From NCBI RefSeq assembly GCF_006345805.1, contig NC_043003.1:77066001-77130000 (forward strand): a DNA stretch of 64,000 nt. The letters are read 5' to 3'. Position 1 is the first letter of the stretch. Each line of letters opens with the position of its first letter. The DNA is from Octopus sinensis (Eukaryota). Shown piece by piece: positions 1 through 14,329 of the stretch. Below the pieces are notes generated by a model. That model was not told where the DNA came from, ran no database searches, and saw only the letters and a program-made list of their open reading frames with translations. Made by a program: the position numbers and the translations under genes.

Positions 1-186
1 TTTGCCCTGCACACACGCGCGCGCGCACATAGTCATACATGCGTACATACACACATATACACACATATATGTACATACATGTATGCTTATATATACATGT
101 AATGTATGCATATACATATGTACGTGTTTTAGTATGAATAGTGTACATATATATATATACATATATACATATATATATATATATAT

Positions 187-226
<40 letters not shown>

Positions 227-310
227 GTACATCTGTATGCATATATGTATGTGTGTAGAGATACGTATATGCATATATACACATATACATATATATACAC
301 ACACACACAC

Positions 311-365
<55 letters not shown>

Positions 366-804
366 TATCTATAAAAACACCACCCACACACATACACATA
401 GTTGGGTTTTTTTTACATCAAATCCATTGCATCACTGTTCTCACCCATTTATTTATCTATTTATCGATCCTTTATTTTCCCACCTTTTCGAAAAGTTATT
501 TCAGTTTCAATCTATCTGACATTTTTTCTATTATCTTCAATTGTTCTTCTCTTGTCTTCACTCACAATTTTTTTTCGACATCTTCCTACAATTTTTTTTT
601 CTCTCCTCATTTAGTTTCATTTTATATTTTTACTGTTGCTCTTTCATTCGCCCCCTTTTCTCCCACCGCCCAGCACGCTCTCCATTTCTTTCTTCCATCT
701 AAACTTTCACTCATATAAAAAAAAAAGATATTTGATTTTACATGTGCGGATATATAAATACATAGATAGATATGTATGTGTGTGTGTTCGTATGAATGCA
801 TGTA

Positions 805-841
<37 letters not shown>

Positions 842-1086
842 GAATATATATACATATGTATACATATATGCATCTATATACACATGTATACATATATACT
901 TATATATATATACATGTATATATAATATATATATATATGTATATATATACACATATATATATATTTACATATACATCATATATATATGTATGTACGTATG
1001 CACATGTATATATATATATCTTTGTACATATATATTTATATGTATATATTTATATATATATGTATATACACACATATACGAATATG

Positions 1087-1126
<40 letters not shown>

Positions 1127-1319
1127 GTGTGTGTGTGTGTGTGTGGTGTGTGTGTGTGTATATATATATTTATACATACACCAGGTCTTATATGTATATA
1201 TAAGTATGTGTGTGTGTACACACCATATAAAAATATATATATTACGCGCATGCACACATACACTACACACTCACATACATGCATACATACATACATACAT
1301 ACATACATACATACATACA

Positions 1320-1350
<31 letters not shown>
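1..1350. repeat. Compound (TA)n/(CA)n/(TG)n/(TACA)n microsatellite fields, with an AT-rich gap at ~365-760
   Basis: Directly visible arrays. The YI/HT-rich ORFs here are repeat translations. Confidence 0.95.
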
Positions 1351-1352
<2 letters not shown>

Positions 1353-2566
1353 CACTTTCCAGTCATTCCCTACTTCGGTATACGTTATACATACATTTGT
1401 ATCGGTTTCTCCCTTTTTCGCACTTTCTACCTTCCATTTTAATTCCAATCATCTTGTGATATATCTTTCATTTCTTTAGCATCCCTTTTCTCATTTTATT
1501 TCATATCTTTTCTCTTTCACCAATATTTTTTTTTTTTAAATTCCATCTGATATGCATACACTCATATAGAAAAAGCATCGTACGAACATTTGCACACTCA
1601 TACGTTCTCGTGCTCACACATGCTCACACGCTCACACACACACACACTCGTATGCATACTTATATGTGCGTTTAGGTGTGCGAATGAGTCTGTGAATCCA
1701 TTATATAATTACATATATGTGTGTGCGTGTGTATAATTGTATAATGGATTCACATGTATGGTGTGTAGTGTGTGTATGTATGTATGTATGTATGTACGTA
1801 TATTCGCACGTATATATCTATAGATATACATGTATACTTACATATGTGTACGCTTTTGCATGCGTTTATATATGTTCGCGTACGTCTCTGTATGCTTGCA
1901 CGTGTGTGCCGGTGTGCCTGTAAGTCTGCTTGTGCGTGTGTGTGTGCGTGTTTGTGTGTGCGTGTGTGTGTGAGTGTATGTGTGTATGTTAAGGAGGAAG
2001 TGTTTCAACGAAGGAAGGAAATAAGATCAGAGACACAACGATAAACAAATGAGAGATATATCACAAAATAATTGTATATATTCGTGTATATATTCATGTA
2101 TATATATGTGTGTATGAATGTATGTATGTATATACAAACGCAGTCATACATACACACACTCACACACACACTCATATAGACTCAAGCGTGCGTGTGCACA
2201 CACGGTTTTTCCATTATCTTTGATTTTCGTTTTGTATATCTTTTTGATGTTTTTGTTTGATATATATTTTTACTATTGGTTTTCTTAACTTGTTTATTTC
2301 TTTCAATCTATCACCAGTTTATCATCAATATATCCTCAATATATATCACCAATCGTAAACAATTTAGAATGGATGGCAACACCAAAGCTCCGATTGTAAT
2401 TGGGAATGGATAAATTGAAAAGATGAATAGATAACTAAATAATAAGAAAAAAATCAAAGAATTAAATAAATATCAAAATAAATTGAGTTAGGGGCCATTT
2501 ATGAAAATCCTTTCTATCATTTCTAGCTTTTTTCATATATTTTTTCAGCTTTCGCTTTCATGTATA

Positions 2567-2569
<3 letters not shown>

Positions 2570-2629
<60 letters not shown>

Positions 2630-3290
2630 GTTGTAGTAATATTAATACAATCATCATCATCATCATCATTATTATTATTGAAACTATCATTACTATTCTT
2701 TTATGTGCTGCAGATTTTTTTTTTCTCTTTTATCCACCTACTTCTGTCTTTTGTACAAAAAGAAAATTGTTTCTGTTTCAAAGCATTGATACGATATTGT
2801 TGTTATTCTATATCACTGCACCAGTCTGACAGATATACACCTTCATACTTATGTATTTGTATGTAGGTGCTCGTGTGTGTGTGTGTGTGTGTGTGTGTAC
2901 ATATATCTGTCTATCTATATATATATATATGTATATTTGTATGTATGTATGTATGTATGCACATACATACATACATAAATACATACATACATATGTACTG
3001 TATGTGTGTATGTATATATATGTATGTATGTATGTGTGTATGTATGTATGTGTGTGTGTGTGTAGGTGTGTGTTTCTATGTATGTATGTTCATACATACA
3101 TACATATGTACCGTATGTGTTGGCTATTTTGCGTTTGTACAATATGTATATCTATATACATATATGCATTTGTATATATTTGTGTGCGTTGTATATAAAT
3201 ATATATATGTGTGTGTGTGTGTGTGTGTTTTATGTATGTATACATATAGAGAGAGACAGACAGACAGACAGAGACAGAGGCAGAGAAATT
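2570..3290. repeat. (ATT)n/(ATC)n tract, then TG/TATG/GACA compound microsatellite
   Basis: Directly visible. Confidence 0.9.
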
Positions 3291-4494
3291 ACGTGTGATG
3301 ACAAAAGACACAAACTTGAATGTCGTTGGTAAAAGAGGGTTGTATTTAAGGTATAAAAGGGGGAAATAACCACCAATATACGGGGTAGAGTTTTATTTAT
3401 CAGAAAATAATCAGATCTGGACGAACCCGAGTGTTGGATGAACTCCAGCGTTGCTCAGTGTTCCATGCGATCACACATTCAGGATGTATGTAGAAGGAAA
3501 CCTGTAGACTATATTGTGAAATATAGAGGAAGATACGTTCATAGATTCCCATTGCTTTCGTCTTTCCATGTAATCATGTTTGTTGGTGTCTGCAGATCCG
3601 TTACTCTTGAAATTCTGTCTACCTTAGAGGTAGACAATTCGCGGTCCTTCACTTCGAAGACAGTTCAGGATACTTCACTTCTGTCTGGCTGAAGCCGATT
3701 TATTTGTGCTTGTTTCTGTTGTGTTCAGGTGTTTGAAAGTTTTCCAAAAACGGAAGCAGTTGTCCAAAACTCCTGATCTCTGGTAACAAATGTCATAGTT
3801 TGCTTCATGAACTGAAACTTTTCATTCGAGCAAAGCGTAGACTTTGGTGCCATGTTAAAAAGTAACTCGGTCCCGCCAACAATATTCTGTTATTGTATGT
3901 CAGTTCATGCCACTTAACATTTCAGATAATTGGAACAGATACCAGAAATTGTCCTAATTCTATGATATGAATGAGTGGAGGTGCCGAAGCGTGTATCTGT
4001 CTGTAGGTGGTGCTTGATCATTTTGTTATTGTTTCTTTTGGAGGCGGATTGCATTCTTTTAGAGTGATACGAATCTCTGAACAGCCATATTGATGAATTT
4101 AATAAACAAAAGCGCTAGCAGTGATGAAAGAAGCTTAGCACCACTACTGATCTCTAACTAAGAAATGTTGAAAAAGCTTTAATGTTTAGAACTCTGCAGG
4201 GAAACAAAATCTAGTTTCGTGCTTCATCGAATTATGGTTTGGCACTAACAAAGATATTGAATAAAACCGAAGGTCAAGCTAGTCAATTACCCTTGCTTTT
4301 ATAGATAGATTGTAATATAGACCTTGCAAAAATGGACATAGTATTTCCGCCATATTTCTTAGTTTCCTCTCAAAGATTACTCCACACATGTTGCGTGTTT
4401 GACTGGGCAAATCTATCAGTTATGATACAGCGAGTTCAGTAACTGCTTTCTAATAAATTTATCGCATTCTCCCTCCTTTATTTTGCATGTATAG

Positions 4495-4575
<81 letters not shown>

Positions 4576-4669
4576 TAATTAGAGACAAAACCACTATTAT
4601 GCAAATCAAACAAAGAAAGACTTAAGCCAATACATAAAAAAAATTATATAAATTAAATATAATTAAAAT

Positions 4670-4723
4670 AACCACTACGATCGTTTCGTGTCAGCATTTC
4701 TATGAGACACTCTTCAGGTGGTT
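4670..4723 (-). ncRNA. Minimal type I hammerhead ribozyme motif, probably from a Penelope-like element terminal repeat
   Basis: Minus strand reads aaccac-CUGAAGA-gtgtc(tcatagaaatgct)gacac-GAAA-cgatcg-UA-gtggtt. Core CUGANGA and GAAA are intact, with a 6-bp stem I, a 5-bp stem II, a palindromic minimal stem III (ACGAUCGU) and a GUA cleavage triplet. Confidence 0.85.
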
Positions 4724-4733
4724 TCAAAACCTA

Positions 4734-4735
<2 letters not shown>

Positions 4736-4777
<42 letters not shown>

Positions 4778-4860
4778 GTATATGTATATATATATATATG
4801 TATATATATATATGTATATATTATATATGTATATATATATATATGTATATATATATATGT

Positions 4861-4891
<31 letters not shown>

Positions 4892-4954
4892 GCATATATA
4901 TATATGCATATATATATATGTATATATATATGTAAATATATATATGTATATATG

Positions 4955-5028
<74 letters not shown>

Positions 5029-5100
5029 ATATATAATATATATATATGCATATATACATACGTATATGTACATACATCTATACGCATATATATGTGCATA
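4736..5100. repeat. Long (TA)n/(TATG)n microsatellite
   Basis: Directly visible. Confidence 0.95.
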
Positions 5101-5361
5101 TGTGGGCACAGGACGTTATGAAACGTGTACAACAAAAATATACGAAGTACGACTACGTGAAATATTTTTTCGAACAACGAAAGACACAAATGGAAAACAA
5201 GACAAACAACATAAAGAACGACCCTTCATCAATTGTTGGCTGTTTTTCTACTCTAGTATTTCGAGCATTTAGCAACAATATATGCTTTCGATAAAACAGT
5301 TGCTCCCACAAAGTAAATTAAATAAAATTTTGGGATTTTGCGGAGGGTCAAAATCGGTAAC
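5100..5361 (-). mobile_element. ~270-bp interspersed repeat, family C copy 1, carrying hammerhead-like fragments
   Basis: Reverse complement aligns by eye to 17014-17286 (shared gttacc...accctccgcaaa..tcccaaa...gtcctgt.ccca). Confidence 0.65.
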
Positions 5362-5373
5362 GCTAACAACACT

Positions 5374-5553
5374 GCTGAGTTATGGGGACATAAACACACC
5401 AGTTTCGGTTGTCAGGCGATGGCGGGGGACAAACACAAATACAAAGACACACACATAAATATCTACATATACGACGGAATTCTATCAGTTTCCGCCTACC
5501 AAATCCACTCACAAGGTTTTGGTCGGCTCGAGGCTATATTAGAAAATACTTGC
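5374..5553 (-). mobile_element. tRNA-derived SINE family A, internal fragment
   Basis: Matches the 38988-39410 copy (ggggacataaacacacc...ccaaatccactcacaagg...ggctata). Confidence 0.85.
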
Positions 5554-8149
5554 GTGTGAATTTGTGTGTATATGCGTATTATAAATATGCGCGTGTGTTT
5601 GTGTGTGTGTATATGTTTGCCTCTATCTATATGTACATATTGATATATATATATGTGTGTATGTGTGTGTGTGTCTCTGTGTGTGTGTGTGTGTGTGCGC
5701 GCGCGCGTGTGTGTTTATTGATGTACATTAGTGATAGTCACGCAACTAATTAAAACACCTACACTGATTCTTTTTCACTTCAATTCTATTATACATTATT
5801 AGGTAATTAGCTATTCTTTTAAAAATAGTTTTATTTGTCAATTTCCTTTGCCACACCCGGTGACCCGATCAATGACAATGTACCCTCATGAACTCCTCTG
5901 TGCTACCACGAGCTTGTTGCTGTGTTTTTGTATCTTGGAATCTGAGCATTAAGTTTGTTCATGTTCCATTCATTACAGTCACATTGTTTGTGCATGTGCG
6001 TATGTATAACTTTTAAGTGAGCTGGTAGTGGTACTGTATATTCTTTAGTGATTTGATGGTGCGTATATGTGTGTCGGTTTTGGTGTGGAGGCCTTTCGAT
6101 TATTGATACCCGTATATATCATCGTGTGTACATGTGTGTGTGCACGCGCGTGTGTGCGTGAATGCACGCGCATTTTGTTATTGTATCATTGGTGTTTTTT
6201 TTTTCTACGGTGCTTCTTTTCATGTTCTGTCAAGTAGCTTGTGGCTTATCATTCATGTTTTTATCAATTTATCCATTCATGTGTGCAGGATCTGAGCACT
6301 AGCTGGCTCTGTATTTCTCATCATAAATACAGGACGATGCTAATCTACAGATATGCATAGGCAACCACAAATGCGTAAACATGCAAGCATGCACGAATGC
6401 GCGCGATGAATATGCACGCATGCGCTCATGTTTGCAAGTGTGCATGTATGCAAGCATGCATGTTATCCTATGTGTATAATAGTTTTTCCAGTTATTTTGT
6501 ACGGTATTATTGTAATATTATGCTGTTACAGATAATATTGTATTAAACTGCGTGTATTTTCATTGAGTCATTGGGACTTTTGATTTTGTGTTGTCATCCT
6601 CCTTGCATATTGTCAACTTATCTGGGTTGCTCTGGCGTTGGTGAAATTATTTATGACTGGAGACTGGTGGTGACGGTGTTGTTATTATGTTCATACTTCT
6701 GTTGAAGAAGCATGTAGGTTCGGATCCTACTTCAGCATATGTATCGTTTTTCTATGAGCAAGAGCTTCTATCTCGATGTTGTCAATGGAACCGGTATGTT
6801 CTTTGGCATGGGATTTTTTCCTTGTATTGAAATGACCTGTGTTCTGTCATTTCGCCAATATTACGTATCCTTTTTCCAATGTAAGTTACCACAGTGTTCT
6901 TGCTACATGCACCCATGCATCTCATACGACATATTGCATCACTTGTTTTGCCGTTTATTTGTGATTTTGTGTTGCAAATGTAGTTGTTATCAACTCAAAA
7001 GTTTTCTTGAACGGTATGTCCTACTGATTAGTGAGCAAATGTTGTCTTCTAGGGTTTTCTCCTAATTTAATTCGAAATGACATTTTGCTTAGACTATTCC
7101 AAAATATGTAAGCTAGTTCACCCTTAGGTCTAACGCAAAGAAACATTTTTTCCTCTGCTTTCGCAGATTCCCATGACTCTCCATTGCCATCCAATTCCAT
7201 TGTTATGAATTTAAATTGGGAACTTGAGCCATAGCGAAACATTCATTAGCTGTTAACACAACCATGGACGCCATCCCTTTGGATGCATTGCAGTTACTCT
7301 TTATAGAGCTTTGTGATCCCGACCGTTGATCTTCAAGAATTTTTCTGCTCCGCTCGTTGGCTCTAAGAAGTACTGTTGGCTCAGTTAAGCTCTTCCACTA
7401 TTTCTTCACAATCCTCAATGTTGTAGTCCCATGACTTCGCCGTATCTTTGGCAGGGTGGTTGGATGGGTGCTATGCCTTGCCATAAGGCAGCCCGTAATT
7501 ATGCAGGGCACGGTCGACACTCCGTGAGGTATTTTCAAAGTCCCCGCATACCCGCGGGAAATTGTTTTAATTGTAAGCATGGATCTACGTTACATAGTTT
7601 CATAATTATTCTTTCTAATCTCTTTTAGGATTTAATCCGATAATTAGGACATACAATTGAGGAGAACTCCAGTACAATTTCAGATGTCCGGAACCATTTC
7701 GATTAAAGAGTGTATCATCATTTAGTAGACTGGTGCTGTAGTTGCTGGAAATGTTGCTTCCACAAATTTACCAATTTAGCGATCAGTCAAAGAGTGCAGA
7801 GAAAGACTGATCACCGTTAAGTTCGTTGTTATCTTTTTTTATGCAAGTGATATATAACTGCACCTCCTGGACATTATTTGTCGAACTGTTCATAGATATT
7901 CTACTGGATTTATCTCAGGAAATCTTTTATCTTTTATCTTTTGTCTTTAATTTGTTTAAGTCATTGGGGTATACGCCTTGAAGGTTTTAATCTAAGAGAT
8001 AATCCCAGTAGCTATTTTCTTAAAATCTGATACGTGTTCTTTCAGTCTGTTTTGTCAAGTTATGCGAACTTAAACAAACCAACACTGATTATCAAGTAGT
8101 GGTGGTGCACACAGTTATAATATGACACGGTGCACGCGCACTCACACAC

Positions 8150-8295
8150 ACGACGGGCTTCTTTCAGTTTCAATCTGCCAGATCCACTCACAATGTATTT
8201 GGTGTCCTGAGGCTATAGTAGAAGAGGTGACGCTCAGTGGCACTGAACCCAAGACCACGTCGTTAGAAAGCAAGCTTCTTACCCAAACAGCCACG
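8150..8295 (-). mobile_element. SINE family A, 5' head fragment
   Basis: acgacgggcttctttcagtt...ctgaaccc...acagccac, matching the family A head. Confidence 0.8.
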
Positions 8296-8677
8296 TTGTG
8301 TATCAGTATTCGAAGACCATTTGCGAAGTCAGGATGGAGTGCATCTGTCTTTGTACTTATTTTATTTTTATTTTTATTTTTATTCCCTCTTCTTTCGTTG
8401 ATTCCAATGACTCTCTGTCGCCATCCAGTTCCATTATTATGAATTTATATTCGGAGATTGAATCATAGTGAATCTTGCCTTAGCTGATTACACAACCACG
8501 TTTAACTGAAGTTAAGCATGATCTATTTAACTTCAGTTGTAAGAAGAGTAGATTTTCTTTCCGTTTCCTCGCTTGTATAAGGCGTGATGCAGATTATTTC
8601 ATTGAATGTTAGGTTCGTGGTATAGATACGTTTTAGGCCAGGATTTTGTCAGAGATGTTGAATCGGTAGTTGAGTAA

Positions 8678-8679
8678 GT

Positions 8680-8734
<55 letters not shown>

Positions 8735-8830
8735 ACTGTTACTGCTGCTGATGATGATGATACTGCTGCTGCTAAAGCTGCTGCTACAGCTACAAGAATT
8801 GCTACTGTTGTTGCTACCATTATTATTATT
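8678..8830. repeat. (CTA)n/(CTG)n trinucleotide tract
   Basis: Directly visible. Confidence 0.9.
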
Positions 8831-9586
8831 ACTGCTACTAACACTGATCCTTTTGCTAGTAACATCAGCCCAACTACAAGAGGGACTATTTCCACTATCA
8901 CCATCACAATCACCAGTATTAGTGTTCGTACTAGTAGAATGTATTTGCTATATGTTACGTTTGAAGGATGGTATTGTTGTTATTGTAATTAGTATTTCTG
9001 GGCAACGGAGAGGACAGCTAGCGTTGTTGTTGTTGTTGCTACTACAGCAGTCATTGACTTTGTTTTCCATGTGATTGTTGTCTCTGCTGCTATTGTTATT
9101 ATTTGGCTGTTATTGTTGCTGCAATATTAGAGACATAGTATACCGAACGAAATACATGGGAAAAAACATTGCCGCAACTTGTATAGAAGACAAAGCCTAT
9201 AGTCGAAAGAATAAAAGTCCATAACACGAATGAATGGAAACAAAATAATATCCGATATGTACCAACATACCAGAGCCAAGAATAGTGGTTCGATACACAA
9301 CATCGAGATAGAATGTTTTTTTCCTGCGCATCCACATAGTCCAGCACTTATATAAAGTACAATCAGAATGTGCCCATTTCCTCAAAAGAAAGTACGAATA
9401 AAATAACCACAACGATCACCACTCCTGACAAATAATCCGTCCTCACCACAACAACCCAAAGAAATTCACGATATATGAGGAAGAAGAGGACAAAAGCAAA
9501 AGAGCTTACAGCAGCAAACGAATCAACATAATTTAATAAAATGTAATCTATAATAATAATGTACAACAAGGCAATATTACCGTAAA

Positions 9587-9781
9587 AAGGGCGGCGAGCG
9601 GGCAGAATCGTTAGCACTGGGCAGTAATTCGCCCGTCCTTACGTTCTGAGCTCAAATTCCACCAAGACTGACTTGCTTTCATACTTTTAAGGTCATTAGA
9701 ATAAGTACCAGTTGAACACGGGAGCTGGTGTAATCGACTATCTCCTCCTTTAAAATTGCTGGCCTTTTAAAATTTGAAACC
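9587..9781 (+). mobile_element. tRNA-derived SINE family B, tail variant B2
   Basis: ggcggcgag..ggcagaatcgttagcac head, B-box-like gagctcaaattcc, tail aaaattgctggcc...tttgaaacc. Confidence 0.8.
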
Positions 9782-9976
9782 AACAATACTGTACAAAATA
9801 AGCAAAAAGCTTAATAGTCTTACATTCGCGCATGCATGAATGTATGTACGTAAGTGTTTCTAGGTATTTGAACTTGTAAAGAAATTCCGCTAAACACTTT
9901 GTCCGATAGTCTAACGATCCTACCTGCTCAAACAAAAATACGCCAATTACAACATATTGCACTGACACACACATAT

Positions 9977-10212
9977 CTATATTTCTTTACTACCCGCAAA
10001 GGGCTAAACACAGAGATGACAAACAAGGACAGACAAAGGGATTAAGTCGATTACATCGACCCCAGTGCGTAACTGGTACTTAATTTATCGACCCCGAAAG
10101 GATGAAAAGCAAAGTCGACCTCGGCGAAATTTGAACCCAGAACGTAACAGCAGACGAAATACGGCTAGGCATTTCGCCCGGCGTGCTAACGTTTCTGCCA
10201 GTTTGCCGCCTT
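9977..10212 (-). mobile_element. SINE family B, full-length, tail variant B1
   Basis: Reverse complement matches 40014-40250 along its length. Confidence 0.9.
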
Positions 10213-11499
10213 CAATGATACATATATATATAAGCAAACGCAGTATTACTACCAACATAATTAGAAAATATACATATGCAAATGCACACTATGTAAATGT
10301 AAATGACACATCATGAACAAAATCAACCAATGGGCTCCGAGCTATGAACACGTAACAGAGCAACGAGCAAAGAGTGTGTGCAAAAGGAGAAGTATGAGAA
10401 GTGCAACAACATCGATAAGGTCACGTTTTAAAGAAAGAACTTTGACAAGCTAATTAATTAATTAACTAATTTAGTAATTAATTGATAATAAAACTGAAAT
10501 GCAATACAACCATTGCATGTGTTTTACTTAGCAATATTCGCTCTCCTAAAGTGCACTATCTGTTTCAATACATGGTTTCATTGTATTGTTGTTTCACTGT
10601 ATGGTTTCGTTGCATGGAATAAAACGTTGTATGGTTGCGTAGAGAAGAACAAAATACAGTTATTGTATTTGCATGCGCACAATGGTTTATTCTTACATTT
10701 CCACCGATAACGTTTAGACCTATCCAGTATAGTTGTTGAGAAAATATTTATTGAAGTAATATGCAAACAACGTGATTCAACGCATTACAACAATGTAATT
10801 CACAGGTAATATAAACGATCGTGTGTAATGGAATATAGAAATGTGATTCAATGCAATATCAATGAGTGATATAGAAAACGATAGTTCAAATAATATAAAA
10901 CAAGCTGTTCAGGTAGACTTCGAATGGAAGTTGGTAGAGATTTAAATAAGCAATTCATAAGTTTGAGTTGAAAATTTCACTATCGGAAAAGTTAGTATAA
11001 ATATATTTATATTGAATCTTGCAAATTCGTTCAACTAATCATGCGCCTTGTCGTGAAGCAAGGAAAAGGAAAATTCCGTTCAAAGTTGAATCTATAGTAT
11101 TGTAACGGACAAAGACATTGAACAAATGCTCCATAACCAGTATAACCTTCGATGGTTTATAAAATTCTAATATCTGCGCAAAGCTGCGTAGCTTGTGGCT
11201 AAAAGTTTAAGCAACAAATGGGCTTGTGACAGTAATCTCTGCATCTTTTCATTGATTCGAAATAAGTTATTAACGCCGAGATATACCATTGTTGATTTAC
11301 AAGGTGTAAAGCAGTAAAAGTTGCTGTAATAATATGTAAGGCTGCTCCAAAGCGGATGTCGTTAGCTGGTCAAGGGAATTACTCTACTAGTCAAGCTGAT
11401 GATAGAAAGTTAATCCGTAAAGGAAGTGTCAAGAAAGAGAAAGCGTCACCAAAAGAGAAAGCACTCTTTACGCTATAATGTTTAGCAAAAGATGATGTA

Positions 11500-11670
11500 T
11501 TGTCACAATCATTAGAGCGTCGGACAAAATGATCTGAGGTATTTTTTCCAACTCTTTACGTTAAGAGTTCAAATCCTGGCAAAACCAACCTTACATTTCA
11601 TCTCTCTTTGGTCGATCAAGTAAAGTACAAGTCAATTACTGATGTCCATTTAATCAACTATTCCTTTACG
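11500..11670 (+). mobile_element. Degraded SINE family B-related copy
   Basis: ttagagcgtcggacaaaatg...ttacgttaagagttcaaatcc...tttcatctctctttggtcgat..aagtac. Confidence 0.5.
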
Positions 11671-12090
11671 AAAAAGTTTTTGGCCTTGTGCCTAATTTCG
11701 AATAGTTTCTATGTCAGAAATGTTATATCTATCAAAATATTTTTTTCTCCATTCAACGAACAAATTATTGCTTTTTACTCGCGTTTTTTTTATTTTTGCA
11801 AACATCTTCAATCAAAAGATTGTCTAAAAATATCACCAAACTAAAATTGATACTCTGAAGTATCGGAGACTCCATATCATATTAAAATAGTTGCTTGCTC
11901 AAAACACAGTACCAAGTCGGATCATATCTGAGCTGCTACTCTGAGCTGTGCACTCAAGTTGGGCTGGATGTTTCGTATCTATCTGAAGTGAATCGCGTCA
12001 AGAGGCTTCCAAAATAAATACTCCATATCTAGCAACCTATTTATCTATCTGTTTATCTAATATATATGTAGAGGGAGAGAGTGTGTGTGT

Positions 12091-12145
<55 letters not shown>

Positions 12146-13774
12146 TGTGTTGTGTGTGTGTGTGTGTGTGTTGTGTAGTGAACTGCTTGGCTGTTGGATC
12201 ACCAACAAAGTACAGAATTCAGTGGGAGATAAATATTTAATAAATACAGGAGTTATATGTGTGCGCTACTTCAAGTTTCATGCTTGAATAGAGCAGCAAT
12301 CGGGCTGCCCTGTATAGCTTAGCATACAGATTCCATGAGTATTGTGTGACAAAATGCGCAAAAGTATAAAAACGAGAATAAAGCTTGAAATTATAAACTT
12401 TAATGGAAAAGTAGGGTAACAGTCGTGTAAGATGAAGAATACTGCAAATTTTGAGTATTTACGTCTACAATAGCTATATGTAGTGAGATAGTCGAACTGG
12501 GAAAAGTTTAGAAGGAAAAGGTTAAAGGCCGTAAGAACATGTCCAATAAGAAAAATTAGCCGAGATGACAACAACTTCTTCAAATTCTAATTTCAGTTGA
12601 AGAAGGTCGTGCAGTTCTTCGATCTAATAAGGATGTATGTTCTTTCACCTATACGATGCCACAGTGTGTGTGTGAGCACGCCCACATGTGCGTGCATGTG
12701 TGTGCGCGTGTATGGTATGTATGCGTGCGTGCGTATATGCGTGTGCGTGTATGCGATGGTGTGTGTGTGTACGTATGTGGGAGTGTGTGAAAGCAGTGCG
12801 TATACGAAAGAAAAACTAATTTAATAAACTGAAAAATAATCTTAAACTCATCCAGAGAACCAAAGATACTGCCTGTGCCATTCAAGCATAGCCTACAGAG
12901 CTGTAATATTGTACTATAATGCAATGGCTATGGATTACAGAAATCGCAATAAGAGATATCTTTTTTAAAAGTTTACATGTTTGTGACATGCAATGATTGC
13001 ATATATGCCGAATAGAGAAACTAGTAGGAGAATATTGTGCAACAGAAAGTAATTGAAAGAAGCATTTATTAATATCGCCTACCGCTAAGAATAACTGCTA
13101 TGAGCTCTTTATAATTCGTATGAGAAAAGTAGAAAATTGGTTGTCATTGCAGCAACAAGATCCTGCTAAGGAAGGGAATTAAATTTCAATCAAAAGCGGA
13201 TTCTTTTACAAAAGCAAAACAGCAACACGAAAAGGAAACCCCATATAGTCGCTCGACCTGCCATGTAGATACAGGATCCAAGTCTCACCGTATCACACCC
13301 TACTTTCTTCAGAATTGATAACGTAGCCACACACTTTATTGATTAAAAATAACACGACTCTCGTGCCTTGAATGACTTTATTCATAGCCACATTTGATTT
13401 AGGTTGACCTGGGGTTCAGCAGCTACTTTAAACGTAAATACTATTGGATATGCGGTAATGTTTCCGTCATAGAATTGTTGGAGACCTCCCTCGAAAGATA
13501 GCTCTATGGCATTCGCATGAATGTGAAAACATTGAAGTTTAAATACCTGAGTTACACAAATTGAAAACATCGTAGAACTGTAGAATTTAGACAGAAAAAG
13601 TGCTCGGTGGTTAGATGTTAATAGAATTATTTTCCATATTTAGAATGTCGTAAGGATTGACTAAGCTCTATCACCCTGCAACACTTGTTGAGAAGGGGTC
13701 TGAAAAGTTAAGCAATTAAACCTACTTATGTGTTGAACTAAAACTAAAATAACAACTAAATTACTACTAAAGAA

Positions 13775-14132
13775 TATTCTTTTACTCTTTTACTTGTTTC
13801 AGACATTTGACTGCGGTCATGCTGGAGCACCGTCTTTAGTCGAGCAAATCGACCCCAGGACTTATTCTTTGTAAGCCTAGTACTTATTCTATCGGTCTCT
13901 TTTGCCGAACCGATAAGTTACGGGGACGTAAACACACAAGCATCGGTTGTCAAGCGATGTTGTGGGGAAAAACACATACGTACGTACATACATACAGTTT
14001 CTGTCTACAAAATTCACTCACAAGGCTTTGGTCGGCCCGAGGTTATAGTAGAAGACACTTGCCTAAGTGGGACTGAACCCGGAACAATGTGGTTGAGAAG
14101 CAAGCTTCTTACCACACAGCCACGCCTGCGCT
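13775..14132 (-). mobile_element. SINE family A, near full-length
   Basis: Tail tcttttactcttttacttgtttcag, body, and tRNA-like head with A/B boxes. Confidence 0.92.
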
Positions 14133-14329
14133 TATGTACGAGAAATTTCAGTCAAATGAGAAATTTTGACATATAGTATTCAGCCCATCACGCCTTTAAT
14201 TGATTATCCATATTCATGGCGTGCATCATTTGGGTTATTTCCCTTAGGTGATTTTGGCTTTTAATAACATTTAACTGTGAAATAAACTCACAATAACACA
14301 AGAAAATGTACAAACGACGACGATGGCGA

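Noticed and set aside
3300-4450. Moderately GC-balanced block that may be an old LINE on the minus strand
   Set aside because: No diagnostic RT or EN motif could be read with confidence.
11299-11478. Protein-like 60-codon stretch AAPKRMSLAGQGNYSTSQADDRKLIRKGSVKKEK
   Set aside because: No polypyrimidine tract or clear donor site, and the length is within chance expectation.
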